The translations under genes and the position numbers were made by a program. Below the pieces are notes generated by a model. That model made no database searches and was not told where the DNA came from. It saw nothing but the letters and a program-made list of their open reading frames with translations. From the human T2T-CHM13v2.0 reference genome, Homo sapiens, in assembly GCF_009914755.1 (NCBI RefSeq), contig NC_060933.1: a stretch of DNA of 64,000 bases. The stretch is one strand, 5' to 3'. Of the stretch, positions 14,691 through 27,098 are shown one piece after another (position 1 is the first letter of the stretch; each line of letters starts with the position of its first letter).

Positions 14691-17639
14691 TGTGAACCGA
14701 ACCCCGATGCAGTGCTAGGGCTGGGAGCTACTTGAGAGCTGTGTCCCCAACTGTGTTCCATAGCATCCTCCTTTTATGGTCCCCAACAAAGAGTTTTGTG
14801 GTCAAATGTTTGATATCTGTGGCATGCCCAAACCTCGCTCTTGGAGATTCAAGGCATACTTGGATATAATGGAAGCCTTGGTAAGTCCTTCGGTAATGAA
14901 TTAGACATCTTTCAATCCAGCATTTTCCAGATCTATTTAAAAATGAAACACTCTTTGGCTTCATCCCTTCTGCCCTGGAGTGGGGCTCTACCAGGCATCA
15001 GTCTGAGAAGCTGCTCCAGGACTGCATCTGTCCCCGCCCCCTTGTGGTTTTTGGAGTCTGCAGGCAAGACCAGCCTTCCTCACTCTTGCATTCCCTATGA
15101 GACCCGACGAGGTCACATTCCAGGCTTTGTGAGCTTGTGTTTACATGAGCTGTGGGCTGTCCCTCACCCAATGCCTTAGGCATCTTCCAGACTCTTCCCT
15201 ACTCCCTTCTGTGGCTTTGTCTCTGGGGCTCTGCGGCACTCCTGTCAGGGGTACACATGAAGAGGGAGAATGTCTAATGTCCGGCAAGGTTGGGAGATGC
15301 CCCAGCAGACTATGGGCTTCCTGAGGTCAGAACCCAGTCCACTGCTCGATCCTCAGCCCCAGCTCACTGTCTTGCACACAGTAGGCGCTCAACTAATGCT
15401 TGTGGCAGAGGTTGAACTGCATTGACTCGGCCTGTCCTTCTTTCCCACAAATACATGAGAGCTGGCCCTTAGTGAAAACCAGCGAGGACTGCTCAGGGGC
15501 ACACAATGCTCCTGGGATGTGTGCAGAGTTTAGCTGGGGCAGACGTGCTCAGAAATTGAGTCTTCCAGGAGCCCAGTACTCTTACATCTTGGAAGCAGGG
15601 GAGAGCTGTAATCTTGGAAGCTGTGAGCTTGGGAGGGGCCGAGGCCACGCAGGGGCCGCAATTCAGTGAACATTGAACTTTTTCGGAGGCTGGCTCTCAG
15701 CAGGCTCCTGGACTCATGGATCTCTGCAGACTCCCTGGGCTTCTGGGTTATGAGGGGCGGGTCTCAGATGAGACTGCGCTCTGGAGGGCAAATGTGTCTC
15801 TGTACTGCCGAGCCAGCGGGGCGTGGAGCAGAGTAATAGCCAGCTCCTGAACCTGGACATATTGTGCTGTGAGGGCTGGCGTGGCCGAGGTCTCCCTCCA
15901 GGCTGACATGCTCTGCATTGCTACAGCGGCACACAAACATCACCAGCAGGGGGAGTAGCTCACCGGACTGGTCTTTTGCCCTGGAGGGGATGGAGGTTGG
16001 CAGGTGGAGCATCAATGTTTCCCTCTAGGGTGGCTTTGGAGGGAGGAGAGGCTTCTGCTTGAGGCCTTGGGTCTTGCCTGCTGTCCAGAGCCTGTGTCCA
16101 GAGTGACTGACCACTTCTTCCCTGCCAGAGTTTGTGGGTGAAATGATGAGGTCCAGGCCTGTTGTTGGTAAAGTGCTCAGTGCAAAGTGCTGGGTGAAAA
16201 ATTCAGTTTACATTTCAAGAAATCCCTAGGTGATGTGACCTCTTTCTGCAGAATTTTGAGAAGAGGCTTCATTTGGGATAGTCTACATAGACTAATAGTT
16301 AGGGAATTGGCACCTTTGGCCATGTCTGTGTAAGAGTGGCCTGCTAAGCGGTGTCCTAACAATGCTGGGACCACTTTTACCAGCTCTGGTACCCTTTCTG
16401 TCACCAGTTGCTGGAATGAGCAGTACCCATCAGGGAGAGCAGTAGGTCTCTCTGCATTGCTCCATATTAGTTATAAAGGGAGATGTCCATATACATTTTC
16501 TGACATAAACGGAGTGAGGAATTCTTGTCACATTGCATATTCACGACATATGTTGGAGAAAATATTCTACCTCCTTCCCTGCTAGAATTCATTCCGTTTA
16601 CCCACTCTCTTATTTAGAGACTGCCTGGCACCAGCTGAGAGCCTGACACAGTGCTGGTGTGGCCAGGTCCACCCCCGCCATGGCCCAGCAGGTCCCTCTC
16701 CTTGCCGCATCCACCTCTTTCCATCTTTCCTCCTTCCCTTTCCTGGGTCTGGCCTGTCATTTGCCAGTGGTCCCCAGACCCTTGAAGCAGGGATCTTTGT
16801 CTCTTTGTACAGAGGGGATTCATTCCCAGCTGGAATGAGGCAGACACTGTCCTTGCTCATCCAGCCCCCTTCTCATGGGCACAGTGTAAGAGGCTGATCC
16901 AAGGCTCTGTAAGCAACTCAAAGACCTGGCAGGACATCCTTGTGATGAAGGTTGTTACCACCACTGTACAGGAGAGGAAAGAGGCAGGAAGCACCTGGGT
17001 GATCCAAGACTCTCCCCTTAGGGCATATTGGCCCTAGGTGGCCTGGTGGTGGCCTCCTGGTAGGCGCTGAAGGGTGGGGCAGGGAGTTGCTCAAAGCCAG
17101 GGGCCAGCAGGAGCAGAGGCGAGCTGGAAAATAGCAGAGATGGATGGAGCTGGGCAAAGGAGAGGATGGGGGAGCTGCATGGGTCCATGACACCTGCTCT
17201 GACAGGGTTGCCATCCTCTTCCTCATTGAACTTAGTGCCTGTTGCATCCTAGAGCAAGGCAGGGGCCGGGACGCACATACCTCCATGAGGAGGGTGAGTC
17301 TCTCCAGGTTACTTAAATCAATTATCCTGGGGAAGTGCAAGAGCGGTGGGATCCAGCCTGAGAAGACAAGGGGAAGGCTGGGTGGAGCCGTCTGGTTCAA
17401 CCACCCTGAGCTGGGTCATCTGTCATGGAAACCGAGAGTGAATAGAGCAGCCCACTGTCCTCTCGGCCATGAACTATTTCTTACAGTAGACTCTTCAGTA
17501 TAATGGAAATGCACCATCCAGGTTCTCTTCTGGGCTGTTTTTTAAAAAATTAATATTACGGTTTAATGTGGATTCAGGGGAACTAGTAAACATTTCCCAT
17601 CTATTCAAAATATCAGGGAAGGATGTGAATATATATGCT

Positions 17640-18565
17640 CAACAGCTCCTGATAAGCGAAAGAGCCTGGGTTTGCTGCTGAGTTTTCTCCAGTGCTAACT
17701 GAGCACATACACTAGTGACCACAGACACCCTGCTCTGATGACCTCCGACATCCTCCTGCAAAACACACTCACTGATTCCAAAGGGCAGAATAGCGACTTT
17801 AGGCTGGAGAAACCTGGCAGACACCATCTTGGTCAAATGATCATCATCCCATGGCAATCAATAACCAGAGGACACCCCATGACAATCAAGAACCAGAAGA
17901 CAAATCAAAGCACATGATCCTGATATGACACACCAAGAAGGACACAGCATCACCACTGTGATGGTCCAGTTAATGGTTTATCACCTGAATTGAATCAAGA
18001 GGAAACAGCAGATAAGCTAGCCAAACCCCAGCAGTGTGCGGGGTGGAGGTGGAGAGGAGTCTGTAACATAACAGGCCTGAAATATTAAAAAGATATCAAT
18101 GCCATGAAATGTTACTGTCACAAAGCAAAACTCAGGAATGGTTTTGGATTCAGGGAGATGACAGAGATGTGACTACTGAATGGACCTGTGATCCTGGACT
18201 TTCTTTTGCTACAGAGGACATCACTGAAACAACTGACAAAAATCTCAGTATGGTTTGTAGATTAGGTAATTATATCAATATTAATTTCCTGAATTTCATC
18301 ATTTTACTACAGTTGATAGATTTAGGATAATATTCTTGTTTTTAGGCAATACACATTGAAGCATTTAATGGAAAAGAGGCAACATGTCTGTATCTTACCC
18401 TCAACTGGTTTGGAAAATAATATATATACTTGAAGGAGAGAGACAAAGCTGAAACAAATATAGTAAAATGGGGGAATCTGGGTGAAAGGTACATGGGAAT
18501 ACTTTGTTTTACTATTTCTATAATTTTCCTATGTTTGAAACTTTATCAAAATTAAAAAATTTAAA
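17640..18565 (+). mobile_element. L1MC-type 3' end
   Basis: ggagaaacctggcagacaccatctt; ggagatgacagagatgtgact; ggggaatctgggtgaaaggtacatgggaat; ends in A-rich tail. Confidence 0.75.
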
Positions 18566-19149
18566 AATACCTCCAAAATACAGAGGCTTAAGACAGAAGA
18601 TTGTGTCTTGTCTACTGAACACAACAGTGTGGAGTGTACAGGCTAGCAAGGAGGCTCGGCTCCACACAGCCATGCAGGACCCCAGACCCCTTCCCTTGTG
18701 ACTGCATAATTGAGTCACAACAGCAAGGAGGAGAAGGAAGCTAGTTGGCCAGCTACAAACTTCTGTTTGAGCAAGGAATGTAGAGGAACTGGGGCCCAAG
18801 ACCACCCCATGCAGCAAGGGAGACTGGGAATGCAGTCTCTGGCTGGGAGTCCCTGTGCAAAGTCAAAACGCCATTACTGTGGATCATCAGAGAGCAGACC
18901 CGAGGGCTCGTGAGCAGTCTGCCCCCTCACCGGTTCTCAGATTCAGAGGTAATCTGAAGAGTGGCCATGACCGTGATAAGCCTCAAGGTTCTGCAACTAG
19001 TCTATATTTCTCACATCTGCCCTTGCCTGACAGCGGCTTCCTGTGGGGGCCTCACACCATCCTGCCCCTTAGATTCTGAAACAGCGCCTCCCATCCACCC
19101 TATACCTTGCACCTTTTGGCGAATGAATGACCACACACTTATGTGCATG

Positions 19150-19266
19150 CATGCATGCATTACCCTGGGCTCTTGTTAAAAGGCAGATTCTGATTCTGTG
19201 AGGCTAATTAGCTCCCAGGGGAAGCTGAGGCTGCTGGCCCTGGATGCACTGGGCAGCAGAGGTCTA
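19150..19266. mobile_element. MER5A-like fragment
   Basis: cttgttaaaaggcagattctgattctg..gctcccagggga.gctgaggctgctgg. Confidence 0.5.
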
Positions 19267-19784
19267 TGGGCATCTTCAGGGTGCACCTGCGTGCTTTGGA
19301 GATGAAGGAGCTGTGACTCCTGTTCCTTTTGAGAGGGCAACGCTGGGAGGTGTTGGGTGCATGGGAAATGCACCAGCAAGTGGGACTCACCTTCCCTGGG
19401 GTGGATGTCATGCCGCATATGGGATTTCACCCGTGGCAGGCTGTTCATGTCGGGTGTTGCTGAAGAGATTGGTAAATTAGGCAGAGTTTTGGAGGAAGTT
19501 ACCTTGCAGGTCCCTCCCAAGTTTAAATTTGCCTGTGGGTTTGTGAGTAAGAAAAAATAACCTATATACTTCACATTGTGTGGCTGATGAGGGGAATTCA
19601 GAACTGAAGACCATGGGAGATTCAGAGAATTCCTGATTTTGTAAGAAAAGCAGGGTATACACCCTGACTGATCCTCCCAAGCACAGCTGAGTTGCACAGT
19701 AGGCTGTGCCCCAGGGTAGCTGTTTAGCTGTAAGCCAATGTTCTGCCTGTGGTGTGGCCCAATGAACCTGAGGCTGGAGGCCTG

Positions 19785-19900
19785 GCACATGCTGGCTAGA
19801 ATCCCAGCTCCACCATTGGCTGTGTGACCTTGGGCATGTCGTTAAACTCCCTGAAACTGAGTACTCCTATCTGTGAAGTGGGCATGGGTATTACAGCTGA
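19785..19900 (+). mobile_element. MIR fragment
   Basis: aatcccagctccacca..gctgtgtgaccttgggc..ctcctatctgtgaagtggg. Confidence 0.7.
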
Positions 19901-20419
19901 CACAGGAACGCTCCCTGATGGTGGGGTCTCTTTTCCTTGTTGATGGTGGTTCACACTGCTCTGTGACTACCAAACCCTACTGCACCATCCTCTGAGCCGG
20001 CCTGACTTCTCGGGGGCTGCCCAGCTGTGGCACAGTGGGGTCTGAGCCCACTGTTACCAGGGTCTGCTGCATCTGGATATTAACCTTAATGTGTGATGAG
20101 AGCCCATGGGCTCACCAGAAACACGCTTACAGGGCAGCACTTGCAGGCCTGGAAGGGTTTAGGCCAGCTGAGGTGTTAGAAGCTACTTTTTAGGGCTGGA
20201 AGCGATATTCTCTTTGACCGCAAGATGTCACCCTGCAACCATGACATTGGGACAGGCACTGTTGGATTCAGGGTTCCTGAGGAGAACCAAAAATGGTTTT
20301 GAAACCTCATTTTCACCTGGATGCTCTCCTTGTCCTTGGTGGTCAAATGGTTTGTTCTAAAGGCTCGAGAAATGGTTTCACAGTGAAATTCATCTGTTCC
20401 CTCTTGCTTCAGAGAGGAG

Positions 20420-20630
20420 CTCAGAACACCCAGCTTTGCCACCTCCTGGCTGTGTGACCTTGAGCAAGTTGTTCAACCTCTCTGTGCCCAAGATTCCTCA
20501 TGCCTAAAATGGTGATAATAGCACCTACATAACGAGTTTGTTATGAGAATTAAACAATGTTTTCAAAGTGCTTGGAACAGTGCTTGGTGCACAGCAAGTC
20601 CTGGAAAAGTCTAGTAAATAAAATAACAAC
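20420..20630 (+). mobile_element. MIR
   Basis: gctgtgtgaccttgagcaagttgttcaacctctctgtgcc..aaaatggtgataatagcacctac. Confidence 0.8.
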
Positions 20631-21249
20631 AATACTACTAATAGTGTACTCAAGGAGTGCCACACCCTTCTCAAACAGACAAAATTCAAACACTGAAAAA
20701 TTAAATAATACCCTACAGTCTCAAGCACAGGTTGAGTATATTACATGTTTTGAAATTTTAGAATTCCCTGCTGTGTTATGTAGGCAATGGAAACAATTTT
20801 CATAATCTATTACTGTAATTCATTTCTGGAAAACAGACATTTTCAACAAGAAGGGAGTGGAAGATAATTTCTTCCATTGCTGCTTGCCTCAGTGTGCGCA
20901 GAGGATCCCCAAGGGTCCTGTGAACCGCATGTGTAAGGAAAGGTGCCGTCCAGGGTGTTTGGTTCTGACTTGCCAGCTGGCCTTCTTTCCTGCCTCCAGC
21001 ATGTTGCCTGGGATTCCATCCCAGTCATGCCAGAGTTAACCTCCGAGTACAGTTATGACGATTTTCACTCAGTCACAGGCGCAGACCGGCGTCAGATGGC
21101 AAGAGGAGGAGTGCAGGAATCAAAGGTCACAGTCTCAGGAGCAAAGCCCCACAGACGTCTGGCTTCTGGATCTGTGACCATATGGTCAAAGATTGCTCTG
21201 CACAATAACCTCCAGAGCAGTCAGGTTGAGGATGTCTGGTACTGAAGTT

Positions 21250-21680
21250 ACTCCATTTGAGAAGTTTTATATATTTTTGTTAAATAAAATTGAATTGTAG
21301 AATGTTTAATTGCAGTAAAGCATAGTGAAGAAAATTAAAAATCACTTATAATCTCATCACTCCAAGATACAATCACCATTCCTACTTTGTGACTTTATAC
21401 AGTGATAGTCGTGTACGCTGAAAGTTTTTGCAAAATTAGAATTGCACAATTTCGTATTTTGCTTTTTTTCACATTATATCATGCCGGGAACTACTCTTCA
21501 GAACTCCTTTTTATGGTTGCATAATGTTTCATTTCTGGTTACACCATGATTTAACACTAGCCCCCTATAATGTTTTCTAATTTTTCACTATTTTAAGAAA
21601 CATTGCAATAAATATTTGATTATCATATACATTTTTGAATGGCGTTTTTGGAGAGCTTAATTAACGGGTATTTAATGGGC
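21250..21680 (-). mobile_element. Very old L1ME 3' fragment
   Basis: AT-rich with ttgcttttttcac, tttttatggttgcataatgtttcat, aatttttcactatt phrases. Confidence 0.5.
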
Positions 21681-24510
21681 TAACCAGCATGAATTCTTTC
21701 TACTTTACACTTTAAATCATCTGCTAACTCTTCGCTCAAGGTCAAAGTTAGCAAGCAGCTAAGCCCAGCTTTGAGTCCTGCTCCACAAAGTTTAAACTCC
21801 AATGTCATAGTGCCTTTTGGAGGTTGTTAGTACATTTTAGCTTTTGGAACATAAAAGAAGGAAGGCTTTACTGTGGAAGTTCTGTGGTTCTATTATTCTA
21901 TTATATGCTACATGTAAACATTTCCAGAAATCTGTTAGAAAAGAAAGTTTACTGCCAACCCAAATGCCTGCAGGGACCAGGCAAATGCCAGACAGGGCTT
22001 ACATGTGCCAGTGGACCTAATGTGACATTTGGAACATACTTACAGTGACAGAGAGGATGTGTGCCACCAACTCTCCCCTACACAAATGAACAAGTCAGAT
22101 CTGAATTTGTAAGTCTTTCGGGACACTGTCCACCAAACTAAACCCATCTGTGGGCCAAATGGCAACCAGGAGCAATCTTATAAGACCCCAATAAGGTTCA
22201 TGAGGGGTAAAGGGCACAATTTTTATTTCCTAGGTTGGGAAACTAAGGTTCAGAAGACTTGGGCATGTAGTCAAGCTGGGAAGACTGCACATCTGTGGCT
22301 TCTCAGGGGTTTTCAGCTACAGTGCAGGCTGGTGTCTGTCACTACCTAGGACTGTGACAGGTGCCATGAATCATTTCTTACTGTCGATAGAGAAGGGAAC
22401 AAATGCATAAATAATGTATCCTTCCCCCTCAATTACTTTGAAGGATTTCCCTGGGCTAATGTTAACCTCTTTCATGCTACATAAGTGCTCACCCAAGAAT
22501 AACTGCTCCTTCCAGAAAGTCTTTGCATAAGGATGACTGACCAGAAATGTCCAGCTTTTGCTAGATGTGTGTGTGGGAGGTGTCCTCCTTTCTCAGCTTC
22601 CTGCTTCTTGTCTCAGTTGTCCTCTGAAGCCTCCCCATGTGCAGATCCATGCTTCACCCTGGGTAAGGAGGAGGGCATGGTGGTGGTGAGAGCCAATGCA
22701 ATGGTGTCCTTCACATGCTGGAAGGCATCTGAGATGCACCTGCTGGGTTTTAAGTAATAGCTTTTATGTGTCCTGCATGAAAACCTGGCTTCCTTTTGAG
22801 TTAATGTACTATTGTCACTGAGTTGCTGCTGCCCCCTATCATTCAAGAGCTTTTTTGGACCGAAGAAAACCCAACAGAGGACCCCCGAGGAGACTTGTTC
22901 TGGCCCGAGAAGGGGCTGGACGAGGGAGAATAGTGAGGGCAACATGAAACCTTTTGGAAACGGGCCAGCCCAGAGTGCTCCAAGAGCCCTGTGCTGACAT
23001 AGGACACTGTCCTGCACAAGCTGAGACACAAATGATGCTCAACCTTTTTGGCTTCATCTTTAGGAACTTGGCCCCTTTATTTTGTGCTTCAAACTTCAGT
23101 TTCTTGATTGTAAGCGCAAATGTCTGCAGGTGACAGGAGGGTGATGTAAATGAACAAAGCAGCCAGGTGTCCTCAGCTGGGGTCTGGTGGGGATTGAGGT
23201 GAATGGGAGAGCAGTGCCCAATGCGGGATCCCAGTGCCCCCGACCCCTGCTGAAGGTTACCAAGGTGGGGAGGGGACTCTAGGCACATCATGGCCAAATC
23301 TACCCATTTTCCAAGAGAAGCTAGAAATCCAGATGTTTATATGAATGCAGCTAACTTTGAAAAGTGGCCGTGAATTTGACTTTGCCTAAGACGCCTCATA
23401 GGCCAAAGAAATCCCACGTGCAGTCTGCAAGGGGCTGGTGCGTAGCCAGCTTTGCATCCCACAGCCTCTGGCTGACTGGTCGTGGATTCTGGCACATTGT
23501 TTGGGTAGGATAAGGGCATACACCTGCTATTTAATAACAATGTTGTGCACTCTCCACACATAAGTAACTTGTGAAAATACAACAAAGAATATCTCATAAA
23601 GCTTACTGCTTACTTAAAGCTCATTTCCTTCTGTACCCAAATGAAAGACATCTGCCCATCAATGACCTAGTCAAGCCATGGAAGAATGAGAAGCACATTT
23701 TAGAGAATGTGTTAATAAAAACAGTTCAACTATAAACATTTCCAAAAAGGTTTTAGAATAGAGCATCTCTGAGGATATCCCTTTAAGTAAGTCACCATCA
23801 CCTGCATTATTGAGATTTAGGGGAAGGTTTAGGGGTGCAGTCACAGGAAGCTCAGGACAACATCTCAGCCACCTGTGACCTGAAGCACAGAGCAGGCCAA
23901 GTCCCTTGCTGCATGCAATTTGGGAGAGCTGTGGCCACAAAGCCGTGTAGTGGGATATTCTGGATCCTCAAACTTCTAGTGGGCATTGCCCACTCCTCAA
24001 CACAGGGGCATCCCAGGCCCAGAAGCTTCAGCATGTGTCTGAACTGAAGGGTGGTGGTGGGTCTGCTGGAAGGCCACCTTTGCCTGCAGACAAAATTGTT
24101 CTTCCCAATTGAGATGGGGGCTTTGGGGCCATTGGGACTGACATAACAAAGCAAAGTGAGGCTGTATCATATGTCAAAAAGGCAGTTTCCTGAAATTGAA
24201 TACTTTAAAAATGTGAGCAGAGTAGAACAGCCCCAGGGGTCGTCAATCATCTCTTCTGGTCCAGGCTAGCTCAGGAGGGACTGGAAATGCACCCACCCCC
24301 AACTCGAAGCCGGGAGTGTTCATTAGTGGCCTTCCTCTCGGAGGAGGGGCTGAGGCTTCAGGCCTAGCCTTTGTTTTCTCTGGCCTGGAATGTAGGCAGA
24401 TTTTTAGCGTCATAAATTGGAGAGGTGGGTGCTAGCATGTTAAGTAAATCTTATTTCCAGCATGTCCTGGGGACCTGGGACTAATACATTTTAAGAAATG
24501 TTTAATAGTA

Positions 24511-24871
<361 letters not shown>

Positions 24872-26789
24872 TTATCCAATCAAGGCATATCATCATTTTA
24901 TACATCAAGAAAGAAAAGAAACTAGCGAACAAACGGGGCATAATGCCGCCTGGCTCCGCTTCCCCCTCCCCTCTCCCCCCGTCCTTAGGAGACACCTCTG
25001 GAGTTCAGAAATGCTAGGAGAGCAAGCTCTTCATTGTTAGAATCCAGGAAGGGCCGGGCTTTTGCAGCTCTCCTCTGCCAGGAAGCCGCTGGGGGGCGCA
25101 AGACGCCAGCTTCTCAACTTGGCAGAAGTGCCTGCCTGCAAGCGCAGAATGGAAACTTCCCCATAACAAATTCAGAAGTACCTTGTACATTCACCACCCA
25201 CCTGAAGAAAGCCTGAATGAAAGGAACAAAGCCACGGCGTTGTTTACTTTCCCATTATCGCCCCAGTCTTGCGGCAGGGCCCGGGTTTCCATCCAATCCA
25301 CCCGGCCCGCCACTGTCCCGGCCAGTCTCCAAGGCTTCACCCAAAAAAAGGAAGCAATGAGGTGTCCCCCAGCGCGCCTTTTCACGTAGCACAGAAGGTG
25401 CTCAGTGGGTGAATCCTCTGAAAGTGCCAGCGTGTATGGTCAAACGGCAGCAACCTCTAGCCTATTAAACTCTCCCAAGATCTCTTCCAGACTTATTCCA
25501 TTGCCGGAAAAAAGGCTTTTTACATATGCGCATTTAAGTAATTAAGATATTTCAACATGGTATAAGACGTAGGGGCTCTTACTCCATCAGTACTGGATGG
25601 GAATTTCCTTTTGCCCTCTACTCCCCAGGGTAACTGCAGTCCCACCTGAATGCGTTTTGCAGCCCTTACTCGGGTTCTATTTATGCGCAGCTTGGACAGG
25701 GCTCACTGGGCCCGGCCGGGCAGCTCCGTGGCCGTCCCTCTCCACCGCCCTTCCCCCGCGCCAGGCCAATGCAAGGGTGTGTGTGTTGGGAGGAGGGGAG
25801 GACAAAAGGGGTTCAGGATCTTTTTAACCTGCCTGCAGATGGCGCCCCGGGAAAGATTCCGAGCTGCATTCCCTAAGCTCCAGGGGCTGCAGCCGCGGGG
25901 TCCCGGCCACAGGGCGTCCAGCCGCGAAGACTGCACAGCAGCTCTCCGTCCTTCCCAACTCGCGCGGCTGTTCGGCACCCGTGCGAGGAACGGATGGAAG
26001 GGAATTACATGTAGCAGGGCCAGTACTGGGGGCGTGCACTCAGGGATCACGGAGTGGCACTCAGCCTCGACCCCACGCGCCAGGCAGCCCGGCGACCCCC
26101 ACGCGCGGCGGGGTCCTGCCCACCCCACCCGGCGGCAGGTGGACAGTGTTGCTATGAAGAGAAAGCCTCGATTGTCCCTACAGCAAACCGCCACACGCCA
26201 GACCTCTGCTATTGTGCGCCCTCCATAGAAATGCAAACGAGCGGCGTGCGCCGGCCGCAATCTGCTCGCCCCCGCCCGCCCCCGTCTCCCGCGCCCCGCC
26301 GCGCTCGGCCAAGGGCGGGGAGGTGGGGTGGGATCTTCCAGAGACGGCTCAATGTACACATTGAGTATGCCTGGCAGGCATCACCAGCGCGCTCGGGACG
26401 CTAGTGGTCAGCTGCAGGGGGCTGTGCCCACTGCCTTTTGCAAGCCTCTAACTGGCGCTACCTGTTTTTACCTTAATTTCTGGCTCCAATGCAACAGTCT
26501 CATAGACTTCAAATTAAAGAAAAGAAACAAATAGAAAGGTAGCAATACAAAATGCAAAAAAAAATCCCTTTGCTTCTATAAAGGTGCTTTTCGCAAATTG
26601 CAGCATCATATAAGCAAACAAGGTTTTTGTGGGTTGGGTTTTTTCTTTTTTTTTTTTTTTACTTTTTCCTTTTAAGGACTTCAAAAAAAAAAAAAAAGCC
26701 AGGCGAGATGAAATCTGCAGGCTCCAGTCTGCCTGGTAACACCCCAACAAAAGCGGCAGATTTGAGGCATTGTCATCCCCCGCACCCCT

Positions 26790-26945
26790 CCCCACGTGGC
26801 CTTCTGGCACGAGCCGCTGGCTCGCCGCCTCATTTACATCAGAAAGCGGGTGCCGGCCAATAGGCGCGCAGCCTCGCGCCAGCTGGCGGCGCCGCACCCA
26901 CCAGACTATATAAGGGCGCGCAGCGTAGTCGGGGCGCACTCGCTG
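26790..26945 (+). promoter_or_regulatory. GADD45G: GADD45G core/proximal promoter
   Basis: TATATAA 26907-26913, CCAAT 26857-26861, octamer-like ATTTACAT 26832-26839, E-boxes CACGTG 26793-26798 and CAGCTG 26880-26885. Inr-like GCACT implies a TSS near 26938. Confidence 0.85.
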
Positions 26946-27045
26946 GTGGTGGGCGCGCCGTGCTGAGCTCTGGCTGTCAGTGTGTTCGCCCGCGTCCCCT
27001 CCGCGCTCTCCGCTTGTGGATAACTAGCTGCTGGTTGATCGCACT

Positions 27046-27098
27046 ATGACTCTGGAAGAAGTCCGCGGCCAGGACACAGTTCCGGAAAGCACAGCCAG
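27046..27098 (+). CDS. GADD45G: GADD45G coding exon 1
   Basis: ATG 27046 (gcactATGa, A at -3); donor CAG|GTGGGT at 27099; phase 2. Confidence 0.97.

Noticed and set aside
25650-26404. 192-218 aa Arg/Pro/Gly-rich ORFs upstream of GADD45G
   Set aside because: Expected stop-codon scarcity in a CpG island; no homology recognised.
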